64,000 nt of DNA from Mobula hypostoma (taxonomy: Eukaryota): assembly GCF_963921235.1 (NCBI RefSeq), contig NC_086097.1:117430001-117494000 (forward strand), read 5' to 3'. Positions 52,000-64,000 of the stretch are shown here, in pieces. A model generated the notes under the pieces. It was not told the DNA's origin and did not search any database. It saw only the letters and a list, made by a program, of their open reading frames with translations. Positions within the stretch are counted from its first letter, which is position 1. Every line of letters starts with the position of its first letter. A program made the translations under genes and the position numbers.

Positions 52000-53430
52000 G
52001 TTTATTAATGTTTCATGTACAGTGAAAAACATGTCCTGCAACCCATTCATACAGATCAATTCATTACAACATTGCATTGAGGTAGTGGAAGTAAAAAGAA
52101 TAACAGAGTGCAGTATACAATGACACGGTCACAGAGAAAGGGCAGCACAGGTTGACGATAAGGTGCAAGATCACAACAGGGTAGATTGTGAGATCAAGTG
52201 TGCATCTTATTGTAACGGAACTGTTCAACAGTCTTATAACAACAGGATAGAAGCTGTCATTGAATCTGATTGTACGTGCTTCCTGGATTTTGTATCTTCT
52301 GCCAGATGCGGGGGGGGGGGGCGCGGGGGTGGACAAGAGAGGCTGTCTGAGGTGAGAGGGATCTTTCATTCTGCTGGCTGCTTTACTGAGGCAGTGAGAA
52401 GTGTGGACAGAGTCCATGGAGTGGAGGCTGGTTCTGCTGATGTGCTGAGTTTGTTCATGCTCTCTGTGGTCATGAGCAGAGAGGGCACTGTACCAAGTGG
52501 TGAAGCTTCTGGATAGGATGCTTCCTTTGATGCATTAATAAAAATTGCTAAGAGTCAAAGGGGAAGTGCTAGATCTCTTTAGCCTTCTGATGAAGTTCGG
52601 GCACTGGTGAGTTACTTTAGTCTTGATGTCAATGTGCTTGGACCAGACAAGCTATTTGTAATGTTCACTCCTAGGACCTTGAAGCCCTCACCACTCTTGA
52701 TCTCAGTACCCTTAATGTAAGCAGGAGCACGTGCGCCACCCCATTCCTGAAGTCAATTTCTAGTTCATTTGTTTTGCGGACTTTGAGGGAAAGAATATTG
52801 TCATGATGCCATGTCACTTACCTCTCCATCTTCTTTCAGTGCTCCAACTCATCATTATTTGAGATATGGCCCACGATGGTGGTAGTGTTTGCAAACGTTT
52901 AGATGGAGTTCAAGCAGAATCTTCTGACACCGTTGTGAGTGTATGGGGAGTAGAGTAGGGGACTGAGGACGTAGCCTTGTGGGGCACCAGTATTTAGGAA
53001 AATCGTGGTGGAGGAGCTGCTGCTTATCCTTACTGAATGCTGTCAAGGATTGAATTACAATGGGAGGTGTTGGGACCCAGGTCAAGGAGCTTGGAGTGAG
53101 TTTGTCTGGATTTATAGTATTGATGGCGGAAGTGTAATCAATAAGCAATAGTCCTACATCAATGTCTATACTGTCCAGATCATCCTGAGAAAAGACTATG
53201 GACAGGGAGGTGATGTCTGTGTAGACCATTTTCAGTGGTAGATGAGTTGCAGTGGGCTGGAGTTAATGTAGCTGTGACCAGCCTCTTGAAAGAGTTCAAG
53301 ATGCTGGATGTCAGAGTGACTAGGTGGTATTAAGGCAGGTTGCCTTGATTTTCTTGGGTACTGGGTTGATAGTGGTCTTCTTAAAGCCACTATCAAATTG
53401 AAACAGGGAGAGTCCTACCAGCTGACTGGT
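52000..53430 (-). mobile_element. Decayed Rex1/Babar-type LINE
   Basis: LLLIDYTSAINTI; GAPQGYVLSPLLYS; ASGRRYKI..RFNDSFYPVVIRLLN. Confidence 0.8.
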
Positions 53431-54899
53431 GCAGGGTATTTAAGAATAATTACAACCCTGATCTTTATTGGACAGCCATTCAAGGCACATGGATAAGACT
53501 GTATCTGATATTACAAGACGCCTTAGTGATCTCAGTGAAGACACAGTCCAAATCGTTGTTGAAAACTCCTGCATTCTCAATGTATAAAGATAAAGTAACC
53601 ACCTTTCCTTTTTTGAATAATATTCTTGTTGGAACCGGTAATACCGTCAATGTACACAAAGATTTCCCATTGTGGAAAATCACGCTTGTGAGTTTGGTGC
53701 TTGGGGACAAATGACACTCACTACTGGTAGGTAGGCTAACTATTTACTTACAAAGAAAATCAGACAATAAGTAATCAGTAAACCTATCAAGCTAAACTCT
53801 ATTACAGATATTTATCAAAACTAAATGTCCGAGGTAGCAGGACAAAATAGACATTGAACATACATGCGGTGGCAAATATTTAAATGAAGTGTACACCCGG
53901 GCCCACTTTACTACAGCACATCTCACTGTCCACCATTTCTGCAGCACCCTCATCCACCTCGTCCACGGTGACCTGAGAGCAAAAAGGGACTGCGTTGTTA
54001 CTGCATGCTAGATTTAAACTCCAGCGGCGCTGTGACATCATCAGGTAAACGGAAGCTAGTGGGAGGGGCTGCAATGCTCCTTACACGGGCTAGTCCCCAC
54101 CTCCCATGGGTGAGTGGCTTTCGATGTGCAGCTAAGTTGAGACACTGACTCAAAGACCACAACACCATGACACTCAGCCTATAGGCTAGTATAAGTCATA
54201 TTACATCTGCCCTAACCATCCAGCTACAAATAGCTCGGTGGGTAGGGTTCTTAAGAGTCTAAAGAAGGCACTGTGAGCAGTGACAGCAGAACACACTACA
54301 CTGACTCTGAATCTAAGGCTCTCCAGTCTCCTCTTTGCATATCACAATGCAGCACAATCCACAACCAACAACTCACCAGCTACACCGTTCCTGAGCTGTC
54401 CCTTGTGCTCATGCTTATATCTCATCAAACCCAAACCTCAGGAGTATGTAGGACGAACAGTTGAGACAAATTGGCCGTTCAGTAAAGGGGATCGGTATTA
54501 GCAGCACCCCTTCTGCAGCGTGGGATGACGTCTTCATGCAGCCTCAACAGTCCGCAGCTTTGATGTATGTTGTACGCTTGCATGCCAGCCATAGTGACGT
54601 GCTGTAGGAAAGCACACCGACCACCAGCGTTGCCACTGTTGTCAGCATCTACCACTTTACCATTCTGTAATGTAGAGAGACATAAACTCACTCCCTTCTG
54701 GGTACTTAGACAGACTGTCTCTAAAATGACCTGTTTGTCCTGAAATGAAACCCATCATGTATTCCCTGGTCAGCGTACTATAATCATTCCATGCCCTGGT
54801 GGTCCCTGTGTGTGCCGCACCCAACCATTTCCTAGTTTCCTCTTCCACCTTGGAGAATCCAACATTGCCAAGTATTGGATGTTTCCTACCTTCTCCTAC

Positions 54900-55209
54900 C
54901 ACTCCGTGGGCATGTGGCCAAGTGGTTAAGGCATTCGACTAGCGATCTGAAGGTCATGAGTTCGAGCCACAGCCAAGGCAGTGTGTTGTGTCCTTGAGCA
55001 AGGCACTTAATCATACAGTGCTCTGTGACGACATTAGTGCCAAGCTATATGGGTCCTAATGCCCTTCCCTTGGACAACATTGGTGTCGTGGAGAGGGGAG
55101 ACTTGCAGCATGGGCAACTGCCAGTCTTCCATACAACCTTGCCCAGGCCTGCACCCTGGAGATTTTCCAGGTGCAGATCCATGGTCTCGCAAGACTAACT
55201 GATGCCTTA
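54900..55209 (+). mobile_element. tRNA-derived CORE-type SINE
   Basis: A box TGGCCAAGTGG, B box GAGTTCGAGCC, CORE-like GTGTCCTTGAGCAAGGCACTTAA; 9-bp TSD TTCTCCTAC. Confidence 0.85.
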
Positions 55210-57024
55210 TTCTCCTACGACTGGCTGGGAGTTCAGGTTGTCCACTGGCCAATGCAGCACTCAGCCGCCCGTAAAGGGTGTGGGGTGGTGAATACCTTAA
55301 CGCGCTGCTTCCACACTCGGTTCATGCGCATGGTCTGCCCTGCCAACTGTGGGCCGCAAAGAATGTGGAACACTCAGAGAATATCCGATTCCACAGCCCG
55401 CCCCAGAACACAAACTAAAAACGCAGATAAGAAAAAACAAATCTACACTTGTACTTTTCTTCCTTTGGACCCTTCACAAGTAACTGCAAAATTTTGAGCA
55501 AACAGTTAATTTCCACATTTTTCAAAAAACAAGTGGAAAGAAAAAATGGCTGGGATGGGGGCTCTGACACAGTAACACATTCATAATGCCTTAGCACTCT
55601 TAAAAGAAAAGAACTCCTGGAAATACACTTCACTGAGTAGCAAAATATTTCAATCAGTCACCTTTTCCGTTGAAGCACAGGATTAATTCAAACACCTTTC
55701 CAATACAGCTTTGTCCATTTACTCTAATCCCTCCAATATAGCATCTATAAGACCCACTATCGGTGGTCCTAATAGGCCAGCACCACTGCCTTTAGAATGT
55801 GAGTGGCTGCTTTAACTAAATACTCCACCACAGTTGAGGTTAATCTATGGATCTCACAGTGGGATGTCACTGTCACATTCCATTCTTGTGACCACAGCCC
55901 TGCTGTAGGATTCTGCTCCCTTCCCCCCACTATGCTCAGCTCTGCCCAGGGCTGCAAGTCCCAGTTGAAAGTGAGACCTACGCGACTTCGACTGTTGTTT
56001 TCACTTTGATTCCTCACGACCATTGGAAGCGGGTGGCACTCTCAGGGCAGCGTTGAATGACAGGCCCCCAGGACACTCTCCTCTCTGTCAAATAGAATCA
56101 CTCAAGCACACCCGGCATTCCAGATCCTCAGCAACCCAGTGGGCAGAGGATCCCCTGGCCTCTGCCTCCACCTGTGTCCCAGCTCTGCCAGTTCCTCAGC
56201 AGAGAATTCCCCCAATGGTCATCATCTTGGTGAGATCTGCTGTGTTATTCTCCTCAGGTCCCTCTCCAGCAGCCTGCAGCTCTTCCTCATCCTGTTCCAT
56301 GGAGGCTGGAGGGGCCGCATGGCCACTGGTCTGACCCTGTACTAGCATGGCTGCGCAGGGGGAGAGGGAGCACTGGGGCCCTCTTCTAAACCCTCTTCCC
56401 CAGCAAATGTCCTCAGCTCCCACCCATGTCCATAAAACATAGCAGCAAAGTTAGGCTATTTGGCCCATTGAGTCTGTCCTGCCATTTCATCAGGCCTGAT
56501 CCTTTTCCTTCATGGCCCCACGTCTCAGGGTTGCCTCCCCGCAACATCAGGTCTTGGACCTTAACGGGGTCCATTCGCCAGTTGTTCCTGCGGGCAGCCT
56601 CTAACTGATGCACCTTCAGTAGCTGACAGGCCACCTCTGTGCTTTTACCCTCTAACTCTCTGGCCTGAGTCTGCACTGCCCAGGCTACCGCTTCCATTGA
56701 AATGCATCGCTGGTTTAGAATTCCACCTTATTCCTCACACAATCTACCTTTCTCCTTTTGTGAGATTATCTCATGCTGCGCCTTACTGTGGCTGCCAGCA
56801 GCCAAAAGGCACTTCTGTGGCTTCCTTTGCTCTCGAGGAACCCTGCCTTATTAAGTACAGACACAAATGGTGTCCCAGTTTCACCCCCCCAGAGTCTAAC
56901 TTGTCTGTCCAGTCTATGGGTGTCATGTAGTCTGCAGTAGGTTAGCGAGACTGCAAAATCTGCTCATGAAGGGGGTTCTTGTTCTCATATTTCCGTTTAG
57001 AGATACTTACCTTCTGTTCAATCA

Positions 57025-57046
57025 TCGAACCCTTCTCGCAGTGCCA
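57025..57046 (-). promoter_or_regulatory. Primer-binding site, tRNA-Ser type
   Basis: 19/22 match to TGGCGCAGCGAGCAGGGTTCGA (complement of a tRNA-Ser 3' end, from memory), 2 nt from the LTR's CA end. Confidence 0.7.
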
Positions 57047-57829
57047 ATTGTTGTGAGAAATCAGGTTCATGAGTTTGGTGAGTGTAGTCAGAAGGCACTC
57101 ACTACCAGTAAGTGAGTTAACTATATATTTACAAGACAAAACATACATTAAATATTTAGTAACCCTTCAAGCTAAACTCAGTTACAGATACTATCAAAAC
57201 TGAGTACCCAGAGTGGAAGATCAAAGCAGACACTAAACATGCACACAGTGGCAAATACATATCTAATGTGTGTGGCTTGCTTGGGGCCTCTACCCTGCAA
57301 CAGACCCCACTGTCTGACATTTCTGCAGCAAACTTGTCTACCTGGTCCATGGCAACCTAAGAGCCAAAAGAGACCGTATGGTTACCACACACTGGATGGA
57401 AACCCTACCATCACGGTGACATCATCAACTAGTCTTACACAGGACAGTTCCCGCCTCTCACCGGGAAATGGCTTTCAATGAGTGGGAAAGCTCAGGACAC
57501 TTACTGCAATAGGTACCTGTTTTGTCAAATTGTCCTGTCTCCGACTCATCAAATTAACTTGGTTGCATTTTGCAATGTCGCTCTCATATTCTTTATATTG
57601 CTAGGAAATTTTTAATACACTGTCCCACCGAACAGCTGCAAGAAAATGACATTTAAAAAATGCAGAATGCAGGAAATCTGAAAAAATAAACAGAGTTTTG
57701 AAAGAACACAGTTTCAGGTGAAATGTAGTTAGCTAAAGCTGGCCATGCTGAGAATCAAAATAAACCATCCATGTCAGGCAAGTAACGATGGGGTGGTGTG
57801 TCTCTGTTGGAAAAAAATTATATCAAATC

Positions 57830-58345
57830 TTTTTTTTTCATATAATTTTTATTGAGTTTTCAAAAAGAATACATGAAAAGATAAAATCTACCCTTCCCCC
57901 GCCCCTTAACCCTCCCCCCCCCCATATATATAGTCCTACCTAAAAAGAAAGAAAGAGAGAAAAAAGGAAAGAACCGCCTGGGTGTTGGAAGGTTTCCACA
58001 TGCTCCATGGGATTCAAAATAAATTTGGTATAATTATTCGTTACTTTCCCCAGGGGACCAAGGTCTTTATCGGAGCACTTAAATATGCCATCCTATCTTT
58101 TGTAAATAAGGGCGCCAAATATTCAAAAATGTTACATATTTATCTCTTAAATTATAAGTAATTTTTTCGAGTGGAATAGAACTAGCCATTTCATTATTCC
58201 AACGATCCATACTTAAATACGAATCAGATTTCCAAGTAACTGCTATAGTCTTCTTAGCTACTGCCAATGCAATTTTTATAAATTCTTTCTGATATTTATT
58301 CAATTTAAGTTTCGGTTTTATCCCTTCAATATCACCTAATAGAAA
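57830..58345 (-). mobile_element. L1-clade LINE 3' end
   Basis: IALAVAKKTIAVTWKS..IPLEKITY..FLNIWRPYL; AATAAA and poly(A) on the minus strand. Confidence 0.85.
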
Positions 58346-58950
58346 TAATACAGGGTATGTGGAAGTTGAGTTCCAGATCAAATCTTTAGAAAAGAGGTGA
58401 CATAGAATCATCATGGGTAGAAAATTCATGTCAAAGGGACAATTATATGATAGTCATGGGGGATTTCAATATGCAGATAGATTGGGAAAATCAGGTTGGT
58501 GCTGGGTTCTTAGAGAGAGAATTTGTGGAATGCCTACAAGATGAATTTTTAGAGAAGCTTGTAGATGAGCCCCCTAGGGGAGTGGAAATTCTGGACTGGG
58601 TGTTCTGTAATGAAATGGATTTCATTAGGAAGCTTAAAGGAAAGGAACCCTTCAGAGGCAGTGAGCATAATATGATATAATTCACCCTGTAATTTAAGCG
58701 GGAGAAGCTAAAGTCAGATGTATCAGTATTAGAGTGGAATAAAGGGAATTACAGAGGCCTGAGAGAGGGACTGGCCAATGGAAGGGAACACTAGCAGGGG
58801 TGACAGCAAAACAGCAAAGGCTGGAGTTCCTGGGAGCAATTTGAAAGGTGAAGGATAGATACATCCTAAAGAAGAAGATGTATTCTAAAAGCAGGATGAT
58901 GTAACCACGGCTGATGAGGGAAGTCAAATACAACATAAAAACAAAAGAGA
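58345..58950 (+). mobile_element. CR1 endonuclease fragment (continues at 63826-63940)
   Basis: IVMGDFNMQIDW..ILDWVFCN..GSEHNMI. Confidence 0.85.
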
Positions 58951-59256
58951 CAGAGAATGCGCCTGTCTGTTAATGGGGTAACTGCAATTTTGTGTTGCTG
59001 TTAGTTTTGTTTCTCTCTTCCTAGTTTAAACTTCGAATTTAAAATTTTTAATTGCTGATTCTTGAGGGGGAACAATATGTCTATGTCTACGAGGAGTGGC
59101 AAGAACTTGTGTGAACTTAGTGATAAAGGTAACAGGAAAGGAAAGATGTCAAAGGAAAGATCTGATGAAATGCCACCGTAGGCTGAAAATATGGTCCGGA
59201 CACCGAATTCAATTAAAGATCAGAATGGATCAATTAAAGATCAACTGGAAAAGAAT

Positions 59257-61349
59257 TGTTCATCCCAGTTTGGCAAAAGAATAAATCAAGGAAGGTAGTG
59301 CACCCGTGGCTGACAAGAGAAATTAGGGATAGTATCAATTCCAAAGAAGTAGCATACAAATTAGCCAGAGAAAGTGGCTCACCTGAGGACTGGGAGAAAT
59401 TCAGAGTTCAGCAGAGGGGGACAAAGGGCTTAATTTGGAAGGGGAAAAAAGATTATGAGAGAAAACTTGCGGGGAACATAAAAACGGACTGTAAAAGCTT
59501 TTATAGATATGTAAAAAGGAAAAGACTGGTAAAGACAAATGTAGGTCCCCTGCAGACAGAAACAGGTGAATTGATTATGGGGAGCAAGGACATGGCAGAC
59601 CAATTGAATAATTACTTTGGTTCTGTCTTCACTAAGGAGGACATAAATAATCTTCCAGAAATAGTAAGGGACAGAGGGTCCAGTGAGATGGAGGAACTGA
59701 GTGAAATACATGTTAGTAGGGAAGTGGTGTTAGGTAAATTGTAAGGGATTGAAGGCAGATAAATCCCCAAGGCCAGATGGTCTGCATCCTAGAGTGCTTA
59801 AGGAAGTAGCCCAAGAAATAGTGGATGCATTAGTGATAATTTTTCAAAACTCGTTAGATTCTGGACTAGTTCCTGAGGATTGGAGGGTGGCTAATGTAAC
59901 GCCACTTTTTAAAAAAGGAGGGAGAGAGAAACTGGGGAATTATAGACCGGTTAGCCTAACGTCGGTGGTGGGGAAACTGCTGGAGTCAGTTATCAAGGAT
60001 GTGATAACAGCACATTTGGAAAGCGGTGAAATGATCGGACAAAGTCAGCATGGATTTGTGAAAGGAAAATCATGTCTGACGAATCTCATAGAATTTTTTG
60101 AGGATGTAACTAGTAGAGTGGATAGGGGAGAACCAGTGGATGTGGTATATTTGGATTTTCAAAAGGCTTTTGACAAGGTCCCACACAGGAGATTAGTGTG
60201 CAAATTTAAAGCACACGGTATTGGGGGTAAGGTATTGGTGTGGGTGGAGAATTGGTTAGCAGACAGGAAGCAAAGCGTGGGAATAAACGGGACCTTTTCA
60301 GAATGGCAGGCGGTGACTAGTGGGGTACCGCAAGACTCAGTGCTGGGACCCCAGTTGTTTACAATATATATTAATGACTTGGATGAGGGAATTAAATGCA
60401 GCATCTCCAAGTTTGCGGATGACACGAAGCTGGGTGGCAGTGTTAGCAGTGAGGAGGATGCTAAGAGGATGCAGGGTGACTTGGATAGGTTGGGTGAGTG
60501 GGCAAACTCATGGCAGATGCAATTTAATGTGGATAAATGTGAAGTTATCCACTTTGGTGGCAAAAATAGGAAAACAGATTATTATCTGAATGGTGGCCGA
60601 TTAGGAAAAGGGGAGGTGCAACGAGACCTGGGTGTCATTATACACCAGTCATTGAAAGTGGGCATGCAGGTACAGCAGGCGGTGAAAAAGGCGAATGGTA
60701 TGCTGGCATTTATAGCGAGAGGATTCGAGTACAGGAGCAGGGAGGTACTACTGCAGTTGTACAAGGCCTTGGTGAGACCACACCTGGAGTATTGTGTGCA
60801 GTTTTGGTCCCCTAATCTGAGGAAAGACATCTTTGCCATAGAGGGAGTACAAAGAAGGTTCACCAGATTGATTCCTTGGATGGCAGGACTTTCATATGAA
60901 GAAAGACTGGATGAACTGGGCTTGTACTCGTTGGAATTTAGAAGATTGAGGGGGGATCTGATTGAAACGTATAAGATCCTAAAGGGATTGGACAGGCTAG
61001 ATGCAGGAAGATTGTTCCCGATGTTGGGGAAGTCCAGAATGAGGGGTCACAGTTTGAGGATAGAGGGGAAGCCTTTTAGGACCGAGATTAGGAAAAACTT
61101 CTTCACACAGAGAGTGGTGAATCTGTGGAATTCTCTGCCACAGGAAACTGTTGAGGCCAGTTCATTGGCTATGTTTAAGAGGGAGTTAGATATGGCCCTT
61201 GTGGCTACGGGGGTCAGGGGGTATGGAGGGAAGGCTTGGGCGGGGTTCTGAGTTGGATGATCAGCCATGATCATAATAAATGGCGGTGCAGACTCGAAGG
61301 GCCGAATGGCCTACTCCTGCACCTATTTTCTATGTTTCTATGTTTCTAT
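59257..61349 (+). mobile_element. Young 5'-truncated CR1 LINE nested in L1 ORF1
   Basis: ORF2 open apart from one frameshift at ~59745; (TTTCTATG)n tail; GAAT flanks. Confidence 0.96.
59749..61251 (+). CDS. CR1 ORF2 reverse transcriptase domain (open 500 aa, no native start)
   Basis: NYRPVSLTS, QHGF, YLDFQKAFDKVPH, GVPQDSVLGP, KFADDTKL, RDLGV. Confidence 0.85.
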   Translation: MKADKSPRPDGLHPRVLKEVAQEIVDALVIIFQNSLDSGLVPEDWRVANVTPLFKKGGREKLGNYRPVSLTSVVGKLLESVIKDVITAHLESGEMIGQSQHGFVKGKSCLTNLIEFFEDVTSRVDRGEPVDVVYLDFQKAFDKVPHRRLVCKFKAHGIGGKVLVWVENWLADRKQSVGINGTFSEWQAVTSGVPQDSVLGPQLFTIYINDLDEGIKCSISKFADDTKLGGSVSSEEDAKRMQGDLDRLGEWANSWQMQFNVDKCEVIHFGGKNRKTDYYLNGGRLGKGEVQRDLGVIIHQSLKVGMQVQQAVKKANGMLAFIARGFEYRSREVLLQLYKALVRPHLEYCVQFWSPNLRKDIFAIEGVQRRFTRLIPWMAGLSYEERLDELGLYSLEFRRLRGDLIETYKILKGLDRLDAGRLFPMLGKSRMRGHSLRIEGKPFRTEIRKNFFTQRVVNLWNSLPQETVEASSLAMFKRELDMALVATGVRGYGGKAWAGF

Positions 61350-64000
61350 GAATAGTAATAAAATGAAGTCATTTCTGGGAAAACTTAATGACTTGGAAAC
61401 TCAAGTTGTTACACACGAAGAGGAATTGAAGACAACTAAGCAAAAATTGTCTGAAGCTACAACTCATTTGGAAAGATATCAAAATAAGATTATAGACCTG
61501 GAAACTAAGTCTCACCGGAGAAATATGTGAATTGTTGGACTTCAAGAAGGAGTTGAAGATGGAGATTTAACTGCTTACTTTGGTAAGTTTTTTCATACTT
61601 TATTTCTCATCATATTATCAAAGCCGCCTACTATAGAAAGAGCACACAGAGCTTTTACGTCAAAATTTAAAGATCCAAATAGACCAAGGTCTGTTTTGGT
61701 CTGTTTTCATCATTTTAAAATTAAAGATCAAATAATACGACAGGCAAGAAAACAGAGAGTTTTTAGATTTATGGAATCTGAGCTCTGTTTTTATGATGAT
61801 TATCCGAGGGAGGTAATGGAAGAAAGATCAAGATTTGCTCCAGTAATAAAACAGGCATATGATAAGAATCTGTTTCCTTCTTTGCGTTACCCTACAAATA
61901 TTAAAGTTTTTCCTTCTAACTCTCCTCCTTGTACATTTTCTGATCCAAAAGCTGCATTGGAGCTTGTTTAAACTATACCTGCCGCCATTACCGAATGAAT
62001 TGTCTGGAATTAGTTATTTGTATATTCTTGGCATTTCGGAAAGAAGATTTATGAAGGTTACTTGAATCTTTTATTGAGAAGCTAATGAAAGAAGATAAAG
62101 GAGAGTTGTTCGTTATTGCATAGTTTTTTTTGGAAAGAAGATTTATGGTTCAAGTATGACTGTTTAAATGGTTACTCAGACACTCAACTGAGAAAAAGAA
62201 GATAGAGGGACTTGTCCTTTTAACCTAATATTTGGTTTGATGTCTTTTTTTCTTAATTAATTAATCAGTAGTTTTTCCTACTAATGGGGCTTTTTATATA
62301 TTTAGGTGAGGGTTTAATTACTTATGTTATTATGTATTGGTATTTTTGGAAATCTAGCATGGTTTAACATGTTATTAATTTTTTTTTCTGCTTTATTATA
62401 GCATCTTATAATTGAATTTAAAGTTTTTTTTAGAGACAAAATGTTAAACCTAAAAATGGCACTGGTTTTTCTCTTTAAGAGAGAACATTATTATGCTGGA
62501 ACATAAACACTTTCCTTTGCTAAGACTTCATCATTCGTTTCACAAGGTCAGTCGTTTTTTTTTACTGAGGAGTTAAATCTTTCTCCTGAGCAGACTGAGC
62601 AGCCCCTGGCTTTGTATTCTATCTAGTCTGCTAGCCTTTTTCAGGCTTTTGGGAGGAGGTGGGGTTAGAGTTAGGAATTTTTTCCCATTGGGAGGTTCTG
62701 GAGTATGCTTGTTTTTTATGTGTTTGTATTCTTCACCACTGCCATTTTTGATCATCCCGTATTGGTATGTGCTCTGCGCGTGTGTAAAGTAGAATAAAAT
62801 TATAATATGGTATTTAAACGGATTAATGTAATAAGTTGGAATGTACGTGGTTGGAATCATCTTATCAAACAAAAATAGACTTTTAAAATTATTATCCGAT
62901 TCCAACCTGATATAATTTTGGCTCAAGAGACACATATCAGGGCGGGAGATCAAAATAGATTTTTTGGATGGTAGAAAGATTTGCAGTTCCACTCCACTTC
63001 TCAGAGTAAGACTAAAGACGTGTCCATCTTCATTAAATCTAGTATATTTATTCAAGAAGATATTCAGTGAGATTCTAATGGTAGATTTTTAATTGTTAAA
63101 GGAGTGATCTGTAACAGAAAAGTTGTTGTAATAGATGTAAAACTGAGACATTTACACTGACACACATGTTTTGGTCTTGCTCTATACTGGAACAGCTCTG
63201 GAAGTCAGTTTTTTGACCATTTCTAAAGTACTTAAAATTAATTTACAACCTAACAAATTAACTGTGCTTTCTGGAATAATTCCTCAAAATATCCATGGTA
63301 TCTCTATGTCTGACCAACATGTTATTGCATTTGTTACATTGACAGCTAGGAGGGCCATTTTGTCGAAGCGAAAGGATACAACGGCTCCCACTTTGTTACA
63401 ATGGTTCTCTCAATGATGCTATATCTTAGTTTGAAGAAAATTAGAAGTTGAGTCTTTGAACCTGTGTTTGATTTTGAGAAAAGATGGGGTTCATTTGCTC
63501 ATTATTATCATTTGAGTTAATTGATGGATTCTCCATGATCTAATTGTAAATTTTTTGGTACTTTTTTTTTGTTGGCGGTTTGATGTTTATCTTTAGAAGC
63601 TTCATGTATAACGCATGGCTCTGGGGTTGAACACTTAATGGGGTTTTTCTTTTTTCCAACTTCTCTTGCTTAGTAGGGTTTTTTTTCATCACAAAATTTT
63701 TTCAATCTTTATATAATGTTTTTTTTCTTGAGATATTGTAAGTGTTGCTTACTTCGATGTACTCGTGTTTATTTTGGAAAAAAATTAATAAAAAGATTTG
63801 AAAAGAAAAAGAAAAACAAAAGAGATGGCATAAAATAAAGCAAACATTAGAGGGAAGTTAGATGATTGGGAACCTCTTAAAATCCAAAAGAAGGCAACTA
63901 AAAATTTATAAGGAGGGAAAAGATGAGATAAGAAGGTAAGCGGGTGGCAGTAGTGCACATGCATATGGATTTGACGTGTTTGGTCAGTGCTCCTCTCCCA

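Larger units (their letters stand above)
53670..57510 (-). mobile_element. Old pol-less LTR element, possibly a class III (ERV-L/S-like) retrovirus remnant
   Basis: Diverged direct repeats at ~53670-54150 and ~57049-57510. Minus-strand PBS TGGCACTGCGAGAAGGGTTCGA. Gag-like FWLLAA..coiled coil..DPVKVQDLMLRGGNPETW. Confidence 0.65.
58951..63811 (+). mobile_element. L1-clade LINE with both ends retained but most of ORF2 deleted
   Basis: 14-bp TSD AAAAACAAAAGAGA (58937-58950, 63812-63825). ORF1 RRNM*IVGLQEG..IERAHR..PRSVLVCF..FYDDY. Endonuclease start (WNVRG, QETH, DSNGRFLIV) at ~62835-63130 joined to the ORF2 C-terminus (ARRAIL..W). AATAAA and A-rich tail. Confidence 0.88.

Noticed and set aside
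54905..54975. tRNA gene
   Set aside because: A/B boxes are present but there is no proper cloverleaf. It continues into a CORE-like body and has a TSD, so it is a SINE head.

Overview
Repeat-saturated vertebrate genomic DNA, not prokaryotic. The repeat set (HE1-like V-SINEs, many CR1 LINEs, palindromic Penelope termini) suggests a cartilaginous fish, probably a ray; that assignment is inference. I found no intact host gene. Nearly all of the window is nested transposon debris. LINEs: CR1 (one near full length, two young copies), Rex/Babar, HERO-like and R4/Dong-like RLE elements, and L1-clade elements. LTR elements: a decayed Mag-type Gypsy, an internally deleted Gmr1-type Gypsy with two LTRs, several solo LTRs (one inflated to 2 kb by a 35-bp minisatellite), and an old pol-less element with a tRNA-Ser PBS and a class-III-ERV-like gag. 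There are also a Harbinger MITE and several SINEs. The one clearly host-derived sequence is a decayed, intronless RBM25 retrocopy (~23579-24350). The best candidates for unusual biology are the 150-220 bp hammerhead-bearing Penelope-derived units (two with long TSDs), the ERV-like element, and the RBM25 retrocopy fused to a Gypsy protease region. All family assignments come from reading motifs by eye; no searches were run.
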